This document shows, piece by piece, positions 25,875-40,692 of a stretch of 64,000 nucleotides of DNA (positions are counted from its first letter, which is position 1; each line of letters begins with the position of its first letter). The stretch lies in the NCBI GenBank assembly GCA_964016885.1, contig OZ024740.1:72726001-72790000 (forward strand). The letters run 5' to 3'. A program made the position numbers and the translations under genes. The notes under the pieces are model-generated. The model saw nothing but the letters and a program-made list of their open reading frames with translations. It ran no database searches and had not been told where the DNA came from. Source of the stretch: Eledone cirrhosa (Eukaryota).

Positions 25875-28637
25875 TTCTCTCCTTTACTCATTATCTCACC
25901 AACCCTCCTCCTCCTCATCTACTTGTTACCCCTCTTTCCTCTCAGAAAAAACAACGCCCTAGTCACCATCCACAACCCACTACATATCTCTGCTCCCTAA
26001 GATCCGCTCTACATTTATACCAGTATCTGTTCCAATCCCTGAAGCAATATGGCCGGCAGCTAAAGAGTTAATGTTTAGTTAGATAAATTATTCTTTATGA
26101 CGTAATCGCTAGTTTTATATATATCGGAACAATTGTCTTATAACAACTTACAACTAATTGACAAAACTAATGCCTCCTGGCTAACATCGGTTTCCAATAA
26201 ATATCGCCCTACCATTCTTTAATATTAACTTTAACTTCACCAATGTGCCAACCACCATTTTGTTGTTGTTGCAGCTGTTGTTGTTATTGTTGATGTTGTT
26301 GTGGCTGCTATTGTTGTTATTGTTATTTTTGTTGTTTTTGTGGTTGTTGTTTTTGTGGTTGTTGTTATTGTTGTTGGAGTTACTGCGGTTGTCATGGTTG
26401 TTGTTGTCGTTGTTGCTGTGGTTGTTGTTGTGGTTTCTGTTGTTGTTATTGTTGTTGTCATTGTTGTTGTTGCTGCTGTTGTATTGCTGTTTTCGTTGTT
26501 GTTATTGTATTGTTGTTGTTATCATTGTTGATGACGTTGTTACTGATGTTGTTGGTTTTATTGTTAATGTTCTTACTGATGTTGCTGTTGTTGTTATTAT
26601 TGTTGTTATTGTTGCTGATTTACAATAGGTACACTGTACTCCGATGTGTACCTGGTATACAATAGGTACACGATACCGCAAGGACGCTAGTCCATCCCAA
26701 CTACTGCTGGAACACATTTTCAGCTGAGTGCTACGTGAAATGAAGTATTTTGCTCAAGAACACAGCATACAACCTGGTCAAGGAATCGAATCCATGACAT
26801 TATGATTGTAAATCCAACACCCTTACCACTAGGTCACTTAGCCATTCGTTAAATTGAGATTGATAAACTAAGTACCAGGTGGAAATAAGGGCTTGATGTG
26901 ATCGACTGAAAGCATTGATGGCAGTGCTCCAGTAAGGCCACAGTTTAATTAATGAAAACAAAGACGAACCCCATTCGACCTATTGTTTATCAATCTGGCA
27001 TTTTGTTCCTCGGTAAGAATTAAATATAATTATTTCTACCAGGCTAAAGAGACAGAAAACGAGATTATATTACAGGCGGCAAATTGGCAAAGTCGTTAAA
27101 ACGTCAAATAGAATGCTTAGCGGTATTCGTTCTGGCGTTCTGTGCTCTCTGAGTCCAAATGTCGTTGAGGTCAACTTTACCATTCAGCCTTTCGAGGTCG
27201 AAATTTAAAAAAAAGCCCTTAAAAAAAAACGTACTAAGGTCGATTCTTCTTCTATATCCCTTTCTCGCTTCCCCTTTCTCATTCTCTGAGAGAAACCGGC
27301 TGTGTGCAGACCTAAAGGTGAGATGGTATCCTTAAGGTTTAAATGCAGAAGACACGGCGTATGTCGTGACGGTGTCCCTAAGACTCAATCAGGAGTTACA
27401 GGACCATTCATACAAACATACTTCAGTGTCACTCTATTTTATCAGTGGTATTTAAACTCGGAACGTAGCCAAACCCCCCAAACAGTTATGTGCGGTACTG
27501 TAACGATTCTGCCAGTCCATCTTCATCTTATGACATAAATATATTAACAATAAAACGCTGATAAATGCACTGCTGAAAAGTGCAAGACCTTAAATCTCCA
27601 TACAAAACGTCAAGTCACGTGTCTTTTTATTTTGTATGTTTGCTATCTTCCTCTCTTTTTATCACGTTATAGGAATGTTGAAGGAAAACGTGGTGGTTGT
27701 AGTGAGAGAGGTGGCATGTATTATAAAGAGAGTGCATTAGATAGACAAATAGATTGGTGAATGGCTGACAGTAAGAAAGAAGAGAGTTAGAGAGAGTGAG
27801 AGAGGGATTGAGAAAGTAAGTGACAGAGAGAGAGAGAGAGAGAGAGAGAGACGTAGCCGGAGATTAGTCAGAAAAGGGGATGGGTATCCAGGCATCCAGA
27901 TTAAATGAAAACCAAGATGGAGTAAGACTTGAAGCAGAAAAATTAAGAATTATTGGAAGCAGACAGAAATAAACCCCATCGTTTTTGACGGGTACTACAT
28001 ACACTAGTAAAATCTACAAAATAGAAGTTTACTAAGAAGACATGTAAAGTGTAAAGTATTTTTTTATCATCAACATTTCTTGTGAGTTTTCTCAACATAA
28101 AATCTAGTCAAGTAGTTTAACCAACAAGAATATTTTTAGAAAAAAAAAATCATTTAGAAGGAAAAAAGAAAAAAATATTCATAAAATAATCTGTAATTTT
28201 ATAAAATTGGGTAATTTTTGTTACTAAATTTCGTGACGATATTCTCTATTTTAAAATTGTGTTCGTTTTTTTAATTTTAAGAATTGTTAAAAATTTCATA
28301 AATATTTTATAAAAATTATAGAGAAATCTCATAAAAGTTTCATAATTACTTTTTTTTTGTAAAAATATGAAATGAAGTGGAAAAGGCATGGAAAAAATTG
28401 AGTAAAATAAATTATAACTCGAAATGAAGTAATAGCGTATATAAATGAAGAAAAAAATTCTAGAAGTATTCTACCGTAAAGATATTATGGGATCGTGTAT
28501 CGTTAAGTTAATGTTAATATAACAATGAAATTCATTCTAAAATAACCTGTTTAAAAATACTGAAATATTGAAATATTAAAACACTTGTCTTTAGAAATAT
28601 TATGTGGATTGTTGCTATAGTTGGATGTGAATGTGAG

Positions 28638-28737
<100 letters not shown>

Positions 28738-28941
28738 TTGTGAGTGTGTGTGTGTGTGTGTGTGTGTATTTGTGAGTGTGTGTGTGTGTGTGTGTGCATG
28801 TTCCAGCGTACGTTTACACACGTACCTCATGGGAAAAGTAAGGGTCGCAAGTATAGCCATAATCACACACAATATACATACGTAGGTATGCGTGTATGGG
28901 TTTGTGTATATATATATATATATATATATATGAATAATATT

Positions 28942-28972
<31 letters not shown>

Positions 28973-28973
28973 A

Positions 28974-29040
<67 letters not shown>

Positions 29041-29248
29041 TATACATATATATATATAGCTACATATATATATACATATGTCTCATATGAAATAATACAG
29101 CCAATTTTCCACGCAATACTTTTAGTTAGCACCCCGAACGCATAATTGGGAATATAATCACTTATTTCCTAATGTTTGTTGAGTGAGTTGGAATTTGGCC
29201 GGAGTATCGCTATTAGCTTTCTCTGATATTGTATTTATTTATATATAC

Positions 29249-30177
<929 letters not shown>

Positions 30178-30265
30178 TAACTCCAGAAAACTTCTTTGTA
30201 GAGTGCTTTTAATCTATTGTAAAACTATATTCATTGAGTAATCAATGAACCATATTAATCTTTGG

Positions 30266-30333
<68 letters not shown>

Positions 30334-30402
30334 ATAATAATAAATGTGAAGAATAAAATCCGAAGAGGGCTCGATAAGGGTAATATTTATTAAAATAACA
30401 GA

Positions 30403-30459
30403 TTAAACCTTAAACAAAGAATCGTGCTTTCACCCTTAACGGGATCTTCTGAGGTTCAA
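30403..30459 (-). ncRNA. Hammerhead-like motif, CAGAAGA core variant (family E)
   Basis: TTGAACCT-CAGAAGA-TCCC(GTTAA)GGGT-GAAA-GCA..TGTT-TA-AGGTTTAA. Family also at 33301-33470 and 62565-62665. Confidence 0.5.
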
Positions 30460-30574
30460 GATACACACACGCGCACACACACACACCACACACAGACACA
30501 TATATATATATATTTATATGTGTGTGTGTGTATACATGTGTGTGTGTGCGTGTATATATGTTTGTATGTATATA

Positions 30575-30990
30575 TCACAGGGAGAGATGACCCCTTAGCC
30601 TTTGTCAAGGCAGAATTCTAGGAAAACGAAAGCTCTGATATAACACCTGCAACCCTGATGGTATCCAATGATGTTGACTTGTTCTTCTTTTTGGTAAATA
30701 TCATCTTGGTTAAGAGAGTGGGACTGGCTTTGTGCAGTGCCTTTGCTCACTATAAAAGCTTCACGGTGCAGGCATTGCTTTATATCTGGAGATCTCTCTA
30801 CACTTGTCGTCACATGGTACCATGGGCCCAGCACTATGTGTCAATAATTGTCACAAGTGTAGTGTTTGTACCAGAGTTTTCAAGTCGCTGGCTGGACTAA
30901 AAAGTCACACTTGTTCAGCGCATCGGTAGGGGTTCTCCTACATGGATATAAAGTATTGGCCGTACTCGAAAACGAGTTGGCAGCCACCAT
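30575..30990 (+). mobile_element. RTE-like non-autonomous retroelement, 5'-truncated copy with (TATG)n tail
   Basis: Frame from 30849 gives CHKCSVCTRVFKSLAGLKSH (C2H2-like RTE C-terminus). Ends gccgtactcgaaaacgagttggcagccaccat + (GTAT)n. Near-identical inverted copy at 34824-35239. Confidence 0.65.
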
Positions 30991-31185
30991 GTATGTATGT
31001 ATGTATGTATGTATGTATGTATGTATGTATGTATGTATGTATGTATGTATGTATGTATGTATATAAGTATGTATGTATATAAGTATGTATATATATGTCT
31101 GTCTGTCTGTATGTATGTATACATATGCCTTCAATCAGATTTACTTGCTTGCTGTTATCCAATGAGCGGGAAAAACAATGCTACT

Positions 31186-31445
31186 AAACGGAGATCTCAA
31201 AGGAGAAGGAATCCCGAGCCCTTTATGTTGAAAATATAACACACTAGAGAGTGAGAGATAGTGCGCCATCAATCAGACAGGGAAAAACCACCAGTGTATG
31301 GAATCTATAGCCCATGGAAGGCAGAGTAGACACACGATAATTAAAAGTATAAATTAAAGTGTAAATACATACCTCGATAACTATATAACACAGTGATTAA
31401 TGGCGCACTATCTCTCTCTCTCTAGTGTGTTATCTTTTCAACACA
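31186..31445. mobile_element. Family D short element with partial inversion
   Basis: Homologous to 20217-20425; 31394-31445 is an inverted copy of ~31226-31275. Confidence 0.65.
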
Positions 31446-31506
31446 TATATATATATACATCACATAACACACGTAGAATCAGTGGTGCGACGAATTAAAA
31501 TTTATT

Positions 31507-31602
31507 AGACATATTACAATCGTTTCTCTGGCGACCAGCTCGAGGCACGATCAATGCGATGATCGAACCTGACTCTGAAATCGCAAATCCTCAGATACGT
31601 CT
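31507..31602 (-). ncRNA. Type I hammerhead ribozyme candidate, intact core, extended stem II
   Basis: AGACGTAT-CTGAGGA-TTTGCGA...TCGCCAGA-GAAA-CGATTG-TA-ATATGTCT: 8-bp stem I with one G-U, near-palindromic stem III, GUA site, followed by AATAAA and a (TA)n tract. Confidence 0.72.
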
Positions 31603-31817
31603 CGATTCTCCGAAGCAGAGTTTCCATTGTTATATTTGGGGAAGGTCATATTGTTATAATATTACTAGAAATAATAATAAAAGACACTCACTGTTTGGTT
31701 TAGATTGGTTTTCGCTTCTGTATATTTTATATCCCTATAGTTAATTTAGTTGGTAATCAATGTTTATCATTGATTGACCAACGGTTAAAAATATAGATGC
31801 TTTACGCATCCCACACC

Positions 31818-31867
<50 letters not shown>

Positions 31868-32182
31868 GCGTTAAACTTATATATATTTCTATTGTACTGT
31901 ATTGTTTGCTTTGCTGTTTTCTCCTTATGTTTCGCACACACAGCCACACACATGCTTACGCACGCGCACAAGTATAGCTCTTTTTACAAAACGTTTTTTT
32001 TCCATTTCAGATAGATGCGCTCCATCATCCACTTTTCTAAAAAAATAAATCATACACAAAACGCCAGTACCAACAGTTTTCCAAGAGATGTCAACATGAA
32101 TGGACCTGTTATTTTTATCTAAAGACATTTTTTTCCAATTCAAACACCCCGTCCCCTCAATCTATCTTATTTCTCATTATTT

Positions 32183-32216
32183 CTTCTGGTGAAGGACTAA
32201 CGTCCGAAACGTCAAG
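32183..32216 (+). ncRNA. Minimal Penelope-type hammerhead, core mutated (CUGGUGA)
   Basis: CTT-CTGGTGA-AGGAC(TAAC)GTCC-GAAA-CG-TC-AAG; minimal ACGU stem III and GUC site. Confidence 0.6.
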
Positions 32217-32544
32217 CCTCTCTCCCTGTTCCTGCTATTTCAAGCGTTAACCTAATATATTCCTTCTATATACTGTACCAATTGTGTTGTTATTTCTGTT
32301 TACCTTTCACACACACACACACACACACACGCACACACACACAATACACACACACACACACAAATATATATATATATGTTCGGATCTAGCTGTCGAAACG
32401 GCAGGAGCTCAGCCGTCGGGGTCCCGACTCTTTTCCTATTACCCACTCTACTACCCTAAGTATCGAGTACTTTGGTGCGTTATGGTCCACTTGGTTCTTT
32501 ACCACACTTTCTTTGTTATATATATATATATATATATATATAAA

Positions 32545-32581
<37 letters not shown>

Positions 32582-33144
32582 AGGGTTTAGATTGATATCC
32601 AGTGATTTCGATCATGTTATTTATAATTTGCTCAACAAATTCGTTTGGAGCATACGCAAAGAAGTAATTGTAATACAACATCCCAGACAGGAGCCTAAAA
32701 CTATGAAAACAATGTCATTGTTCTATCAGTCAATTAACATATGAAAACGTTAAAGTACTCACAATTTAACAGCCAGTATCCTCCTAGTTTACCACACAAA
32801 AATCCGCCGGAGTACAAATATCCCATCTAAGCTGGTACAGTGCAATTTCAAAGTCCGTGGAGAATCCGCTGGTCATCGATTAATAATAAATCCATAACCA
32901 ACAAATTCCAAACGAAGGAATTGTCATCAGCCAGCAGTTATATGAAGTATTTCCGACAATCGTCCTTACTACAAAATTTTCAGGCCGGAACCGATATTAC
33001 ACGTGTTGCATTAACTGCTACTCTGTCGTCAAATGACAGTAGCTGTGGCCGACTGGCTGGGGTTGGCGATAATGCTTAAAAGCATCATGGCGTCACCAAT
33101 ATGGAGCACTCGATCATAATTCAAGAAAAAAGTTGGGGACTTAA

Positions 33145-33305
<161 letters not shown>

Positions 33306-33917
33306 TAAAATAACAGATCCCGTTAAGGGTGAAAGCAGCGATTCTTTGCTTAAACTTTAATCTGTTATTTTAATAAATATTTGCTCTACGGTTCTTATAT
33401 ATTTGATATATATTTATCCTTATCGAGCCCTCTTTGGATTTTAGTCTTCAAATTTATTATTATTACTACATATGTATATATATATGTATATATATATGTA
33501 TATATATATATATAGGTATGCATGGGAGCTTATAGATAGGACAACACATGCTGTCTTTTCGTGGTGTAAGTTTTTAATTAATTTTTGTATTCTGAAACAT
33601 CAAAATACAACAATTTGTTGGTCACTGGACTCGGGTATAACATGACAGAAGTTTGTGGAAGTTACACAAATATTTTCGTATATTTTGCCAGAGCAATTCT
33701 TATTTATATTTTATATTTTACATTTACTTACATCTCAATATAACATATATACATACACACATGTATTTAATTGGCAGTCGCACTAAAACAATGTTAAAGC
33801 CCAATTGACGTATATATAAAAAAACATATGAACATATTTTTTTTTTCTCTATTTTCCTCTGTGAATATGTCACAGAGTTGCTAGTACGTTTTGAGAATGT
33901 GATACAGCGCTGTTTCA

Positions 33918-33988
<71 letters not shown>

Positions 33989-34319
33989 TGAAGAATATAT
34001 GAATGAAGAATATGTATGAATGAAGAAGATATATACGAATAAAGAATACGCCCCTCTTACTATGTTTTGAGATTTATACCTGTGATCATTGGGGTTCTTA
34101 GATTACTAACTGCCCCAGTGAAAATCTTGGGGCGTTGCAAGTACAGTCCATTAATGGAACTGTAAGAATGTGGGAAATTTTTCAGAAATTCAGCATGTAA
34201 TAACTGTATATACGCGTGTTAGATGCATAACATACAGGTCTACATATACACATGTATAAAAATACAAAATTTACAGATCCTCACATGCAATAACTCCCAT
34301 ACCTGCACACACACACACA

Positions 34320-34441
<122 letters not shown>

Positions 34442-34823
34442 CGCGCGCACACACACGCACGCACACGCACACGCACACACACACGCACATACATATACAC
34501 GCACACACACACACACACAGACACACGCACGCACACACACACACACACACGTACACACACACGTGCAAATATACATACGTATTTCCCTAGTTGATGTCTA
34601 AATTCCAACGAAAGAGTGTTCCTTCAATGTTAGAACTGGCTCTCTTGCTATTGGTGAACATTTATAAAATAATAAAACCATACATACACACATACACACA
34701 TACACACATACACACATACATACACACATACACACATACACACATACACACATACATATATACATACATACATTGATATATAGATACATACATTGATACA
34801 TACCTACCTACATACATAGATAC

Positions 34824-35433
34824 ATGGTGGCTGCCAACTCGTTTTCGAGTACGGCCACTACTTTATATCCATGTAGGAGAACCCCTACCGATGCGCTGAA
34901 CGAGTGTGACTTTTTAGTCCAGCCAGCGACTTGATAACTCTGGTACAAACACTACACCTATGACAATTATTGACACATAGTGCTGGGCCCATGGTACCAT
35001 GTGACGACAAGTGTAGAGAGATCTCCAGATATAAAGCAATGCCTGTACCGTGAAGCTTTTATAGTGAGCAAAGGCACTGCACAAAGCCAGTCCCACTCTC
35101 TTAACCAAGATGATATTTACCAAAAAGAAGAACAAGTCAACATCATTGGATACCATCAGGGTTGCAGGTGTTATATCAGAGTTTTCCTTCTCCTAGAATT
35201 CTGCCTTGTCAAAGGCTAAGGGGTCATCTCTCCCGGTGATTTTGGATGGCCATTGACTCTTAAGAGCTCCTTTGCCCTTTGACAGGTTTTGTTTTTAGTC
35301 CTGCAGGATGTCCAAAGTCACCCTCCTCACCAAGAAACCTTGGTGGGGTTGCCAGTTCCGTCGCCAACGTCCCGACCATGGGACAGGTTGTACTGGAATA
35401 CATGTTACCAGTAGCACCAACTGGTGACCTGAC
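34824..35433 (-). mobile_element. RTE-like non-autonomous retroelement (~610 bp), longer copy
   Basis: Inverted match to 30575-30990 plus an extra 5' segment (gtcaggtcacc...ggcgacggaactggcaacccc); flanked on both sides by (TACA)n. Confidence 0.65.
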
Positions 35434-35587
35434 ATATATACATACATACATATATATATACACACATATATACATTCATGCATACATACATATATATATA
35501 TATATACATATATACATATATATATACTTACACGCATATATAGTCACACAGCCAGGCATATGTGTGTATATATATATATACATATAT

Positions 35588-35912
35588 AAATGTAATCTGA
35601 GTTTTTCAAATATTAATAATTGTTTCTACTTTAGGCACAAGGCCAGCAATTATTCCAGTGCATTACTGGTACTTTATTTTATCGATCCCGTAAGGATGAA
35701 AGGCAAAGTTAATTTCGACGGGATTTTGGAATATTAATATTAATATTCGATTCGTTTGCAATTATGCAAACAAGCCTCAATGTTCCCATGCCAACACAGA
35801 GCAAGAATGAAGGGTTCATTCTACTGACATGGCTATACAATTGAGGCTTGTTTGCACAATTGCACACGAATCGAATATTATTATTAATATTCGAAAAACA
35901 CAGATTACATTT
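35588..35912. repeat. Fold-back element whose left arm is split by a SINE fragment (35621-35730)
   Basis: Left arm aaatgtaatctg.gtttttc.aatattaataat + aatattcgattcg..gcaaacaagcctcaat; right arm attgaggcttgtttgc..cgaatcgaatatt...gaaaaacacagattacattt. Confidence 0.8.
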
Positions 35913-37628
35913 ATTGTATTCAGCCATGTAGAGCGAACATTTTCTTTATATATATATATATACGTTCATGTATACATACATACACATATAGAACAACAAT
36001 AATAACAAACTAAACACATACAATAAATCATAAACAAAAAGGTCAAATACTCGTATTTGCCGCAATATTGAATAGTTTCAACATCTAATCATTTTACCCC
36101 CCCCCCCCCCCCCCCCTCACCGTACCTCCCCCACGCAGTATGACCTCCCCCCATGGTATCCCCCCCTCCTCCCACCATGTTCTATCTTTTATTACTTCTA
36201 CATATTCTTCTATTACTACTTCTCTTGTCGCTCGCCCCTTCCCCCCCCTCTCTCTGTCATTCGTCTTTGTCTGTTTCTTTCGCTCTGTGTCACTCCCTCA
36301 TTATTTGTTTGTCTCTCTCTATTTCAGTCACTCCCTATTTCTTTCTCTGCCTGTCTGTTTCTCCCCCCTCTCTTTCTCTCTCTCTCTCCTACTTTGCCCC
36401 TATCTCTCTCACCCTCTGTAATTCTCTGTATTTCTCTGTGTATCTCTCGCTCTATCATTTCCTAACCACCCTCTCTCTCCCCCTCGCTGTTCATCTTCTC
36501 CCCTTGTCACCCACTCTGTCTGTCACTCTCTTTCTCTTTCTCTCTCTGTCACTTTCTCCACCCACCCCTCACTCTTCGTCTATCTCCCTCTCTCTCACTT
36601 CACCTTTCATCACCCTGTAGCCTCCATGTTTTTCAAGCTTTATTCTCCATACATCCTCTCTCTAACCTTCTTGCCATGCTCCGGTCTTTTCTTTCGCCAC
36701 ATTTTAATTTCCTGTTTGAATTAGTTCTTAAATTGTTCAAGAAAAATGCGATTAGGCTTTTCTGCGGGCAGTTTACTGCTTCTCACGCCGATTTCCTTTC
36801 TTAAGATGTCTCCCCATAACCGCCATCTTCCTTTTGTATGACCGTACTATTTTGTAATGGCGGTCGGTTGGCGGTGGTTGGTTGGGTGGTTAGTTTGTTG
36901 GGTGGTTAGGTGTGTTGTTGGCCTCTTGTGTGAAGTAATATAACTGTTAGTATATGTATGTGTGTTTTTTTTACATGAATGCTTGTATACACACATGTGT
37001 TTATGTGTGTTTCTGTAGATTTATGTTTGCATTTATATATATGTGAAAACGAGCGTGTATGTATGTATGTATGTATGTATGTATGTATGTATGTATGTAT
37101 GTATGTATGTATGTATGTATGTATGTATGTGTGTATGTATGTATGTATGTATGTATGTATGTGTATGTATGTATGTACGTATGTATGCATGTATGTATGT
37201 ATATATGTATATATGTATGTAAGTATGCGTGTATGTTTGTATATATGCATATATATGTATGTATGTATACACATACGCATATTTATATATTTATACACGT
37301 ATATATATATATACACACATATGAAGGTGTGTCTGTGTACGTGCGTGTGTATGCGTGGGTGTATGTGTATATGTGTGGGTGTGTGCGTGGGTTTAACGTT
37401 TAAGTAGTTCAGGTTGGTGATGTTAACCTTTGTCTGAGCACGTATATGTGTGTATATGTGTGTATGTGTGATGTGTGTGTGCTTGTGTATGTTTATATGA
37501 GTGTGTTCTCTGGTACACATATATGTGCGTTTAGAAGTGGTTAGAAATAATTTTTATACACAATGTCTGAGAGATGACGTACTTCTGCAAAGGCAGTATG
37601 AAATACCTACATAGCATATGTATATATG

Positions 37629-37664
<36 letters not shown>

Positions 37665-37734
37665 TAGATATAGCGGTGCCCCAGCATGGCCTCAGCCTGT
37701 CGGCTGGAACACGTAATAGAATATTAGAATAAGA

Positions 37735-37824
<90 letters not shown>

Positions 37825-38240
37825 TTTCAACACAAATTTATCATAATTTTGCCGGGCTAAATTCGAAGTTTCGCCAATAATGGTTTATTCACCACCATTG
37901 CCAAAGATGTTATAATAAACATATTAAATTTTACTCATATATTGTTTTTTTTAAAATTCAGTTAATAGCATGCCATGGGCCCTAAACTGCTGATGGAGTC
38001 GTTTGGGGCACCCTTGCGACATACGGGTGCTTTGAGGTATTGTAAGACTGGCGGATCTCATCCATCTCTATGGCTGAACATAATCCATTTCTTCCATAGA
38101 GAGAGAGAGAGAGAGAGAGGAGGGGGGAGAAGGTAACGACGAAAGAGATATAGAGGAAGGTTGACCTCAGTATTAGGCTGGTACTGTATCTACTTGTTCT
38201 TAAACGCTGATAATCAGGATGGATACCAGAGATCATTCTA

Positions 38241-38683
38241 TCAGAGGTTATATGGTGGACGAGATTGAGAGGACTGAGGACAAATGCCTTTCTCTCCGGG
38301 CAACAATTGATTCCCTTCTTTAAGTATCACTTTAGAAGGAGAATCAGAGTGGAAAGAGAGGTACTGCACCCCAGTAAATTTACTGAAAGGTGGGTGAATG
38401 AAGCGAAAATGGCCCGAGTGATTGGGCCTTCTCTGTTTATAAGACTGTAGGTTAAAGAGAACAAAAGGAAGAAAGGAGCACTTGCACAACACGCTCCTGA
38501 AGTTGAGGGTTGTTCTATCGACGGGGTATTAAACAACCTATTTGTGGCGCCTCCCCCCTATTGGGGATTTCGATCGTTATAATTGTTTGTTTTATATTTT
38601 TACATGACTGTATGTAAAATCCCCGACAAGTGTCTTTGTATTGCCTCCTTTTCTTGTGCGCCCTTGTGGTTAATAAAGAAAGA

Positions 38684-38728
<45 letters not shown>

Positions 38729-38819
38729 GTGATAACATTTTACACGTTTTTATTGTATGTAAACTTCCCCCTTTGTATTTGTCCCCTTCTTTTGTGCCCC
38801 TGTGGCTAATAAAGAAATA

Positions 38820-38850
<31 letters not shown>
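38241..38850 (+). mobile_element. L1/Tx1-like LINE 3' end with duplicated 3' terminus and (TATC)n tails
   Basis: EVIWWTRLRGL...FFKYHFRRRIRVEREVL..SKFTERW resembles a Tx1 ORF2 C-terminus. The end gccc(t)tgtgg.taataaagaaa + (TATC)n occurs twice (38660, 38796) and a similar end is at 25445. Confidence 0.55.
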
Positions 38851-38851
<1 letters not shown>

Positions 38852-39080
38852 AGACACACACGCCCACAGACACATACACACACACACACACGCATATTTA
38901 TATATATGTATATATATGACAATCAACTTATATTCCTTTTCCCCCTATCAACAGTATTTCAGGCATATGATTTTTGGTGCTTGTAAACAGATTTAATAGA
39001 CAAGTCACAGATGAGATGTCAGAGTGCAGGAAGAATGGTGTAGAAGAGCGGAGGGGACAGAGATGGAGGTAGGGGGTAGG

Positions 39081-39111
<31 letters not shown>

Positions 39112-39376
39112 GAGAGAAGGGAAAGAAAGGTACAGGAAGAGAGAAAAAGTGTGAGAGATTGTGGGGAAGGAAAGACAGTGTGCATAAGAAGGGAGAAAAT
39201 GGGAGAGAGAGAGAGAGGGAGAGAGGGGGGGGGGAGAATGAGACAGATTAAGAGAGAGAGAAAAAGAAAAAAAGATAAGGAAGAGAAAAGAATGAAAGAA
39301 AGAATGACTGCATGTATGTTAAAACACACATATACACACGCACACATTTAGATAGAAAGATAGATTGAGATGTAGG

Positions 39377-39429
<53 letters not shown>

Positions 39430-39526
39430 ATAGAGAGAGAGAGATATAAACAGATTGATAGATAGATAGTTAGTAATGTTATTGAAAGTGATAAAGTGCA
39501 GACACCATGTCAAATAGGTTAAACAG

Positions 39527-39778
39527 GGTTAACTCCACAGTAAATAGTATCAAGGGATTGAACATAAAAAGCTCTATAACCTTGACCTTGGTACCATTAA
39601 TAACGCTGACATAGACAAGGTCAACTCCACAGTAAGTTGTATCAAGACATTATACAAGGAACTTTGTAAACTTGACCTTGATACCGTTAACAATACTAAC
39701 CTAGCGTAGAGGAGGTCAACTCCAATGTAAGTTGTATCAAGACATCGTATAAAGAACTTTGTAACCTTGACCTTTATT
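39527..39778 (+). repeat. ~92-95-bp tandem repeat x~3
   Basis: ggtcaactcca..gtaagttgtatcaagacat...aactttgtaaccttgacctt recurs at 39527, 39619 and 39714. Confidence 0.85.
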
Positions 39779-40123
39779 GCATTAGTTGCTTCTAATTTAA
39801 GCACAAGACCAGCAATCGTGGGTGGGGTTTAGGGAAAGTCGATTATATCGATCCCAATACTTAACTGGTACTTTATATTATCGACATCGGAAGGATGAAA
39901 GGCAAAGTTGACCTTGGTAGGATTTGAACTCTAAACGTAAAGAGTCAGAACAAATAATGCGAAATATTTGTCCGACACTCTAACGACTCTGCCTATCCAC
40001 TGCCCTCTTGATACCTTATTTCTGCCCTTTCTCTATTCTTGACACTTCTCCCTTTTATTATACTTTTTATTTGTTAGTCAACGAGCCATTGATTACAGAG
40101 TCGGGCTAGATTGATACAGATCA

Positions 40124-40160
40124 ACCATGAGCTGATCAATAGCGAAACGCGCGTCACGAA
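40124..40160 (+). ncRNA. Partial Penelope-type hammerhead
   Basis: ATGA-GCT(GATCAAT)AGC-GAAA-CGCGCG-TC with palindromic stem III; the CUG of the core and stem I are lost. Followed by AATAAA. Confidence 0.5.
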
Positions 40161-40654
40161 CCAATAAAAGGAATAAAGGAATAACCACTCGTCCTTGTTT
40201 TATTTTATTATAGTACACTCTGTCTAGCACTACACCTCGATACTGAGGTGAACCTAAACATCGAATGGTCACCCGGGTGAACCTACAGTAACTCCGCGTT
40301 ACACTCCCTGGATATATATATATATATATACAGAATAAATAGAAGAGAAGGCAATACGTTTAAAACCAAACTTTACATCTTACACGGTGTTTCATGAATA
40401 CAATAACGAGTAACAGTTCACACATATATTTGTGCTTGTACGCACGCATATATATTGTTATTAATGATATTAATATAGAATCTTCAGAGAAGAAAGAATT
40501 GTTTAGATTAATGTTATTTAAGGTTAGTCCATATATTATATATATATATATATATAGTGGTAGAACACTGGAAGGTAATATCCGTAGTGGTAGAGCACTC
40601 AGCCCATGGGACGAGTTAGGTAGAAGTGGTTACACAACAGTTAGTTCACCATAC

Positions 40655-40692
40655 CGAGAACAATTGTTTCACTTTAGCGGATCCTCAGCTCG
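40655..40692 (-). ncRNA. Compact type I hammerhead ribozyme candidate, intact core (family F)
   Basis: CGAG-CTGAGGA-TCCGCTAAAGT-GAAA-CAATTG-TT-CTCG. It is the left arm of fold-back 40623-40759; the right arm starts at GAGGA and reads TCCGCTAAGGT. Confidence 0.7.

Noticed and set aside
30658-30900. Duplicated 80-aa ORF (also 34914-35156) as a gene pair
   Set aside because: Lies in a young repeat; similarity reflects nucleotide identity, and the TE-like motif is in another frame.
32600-33120. Unique, moderately GC-rich block as a possible exon
   Set aside because: Stops in the minus-strand frames examined and no recognisable protein in the plus ORF.
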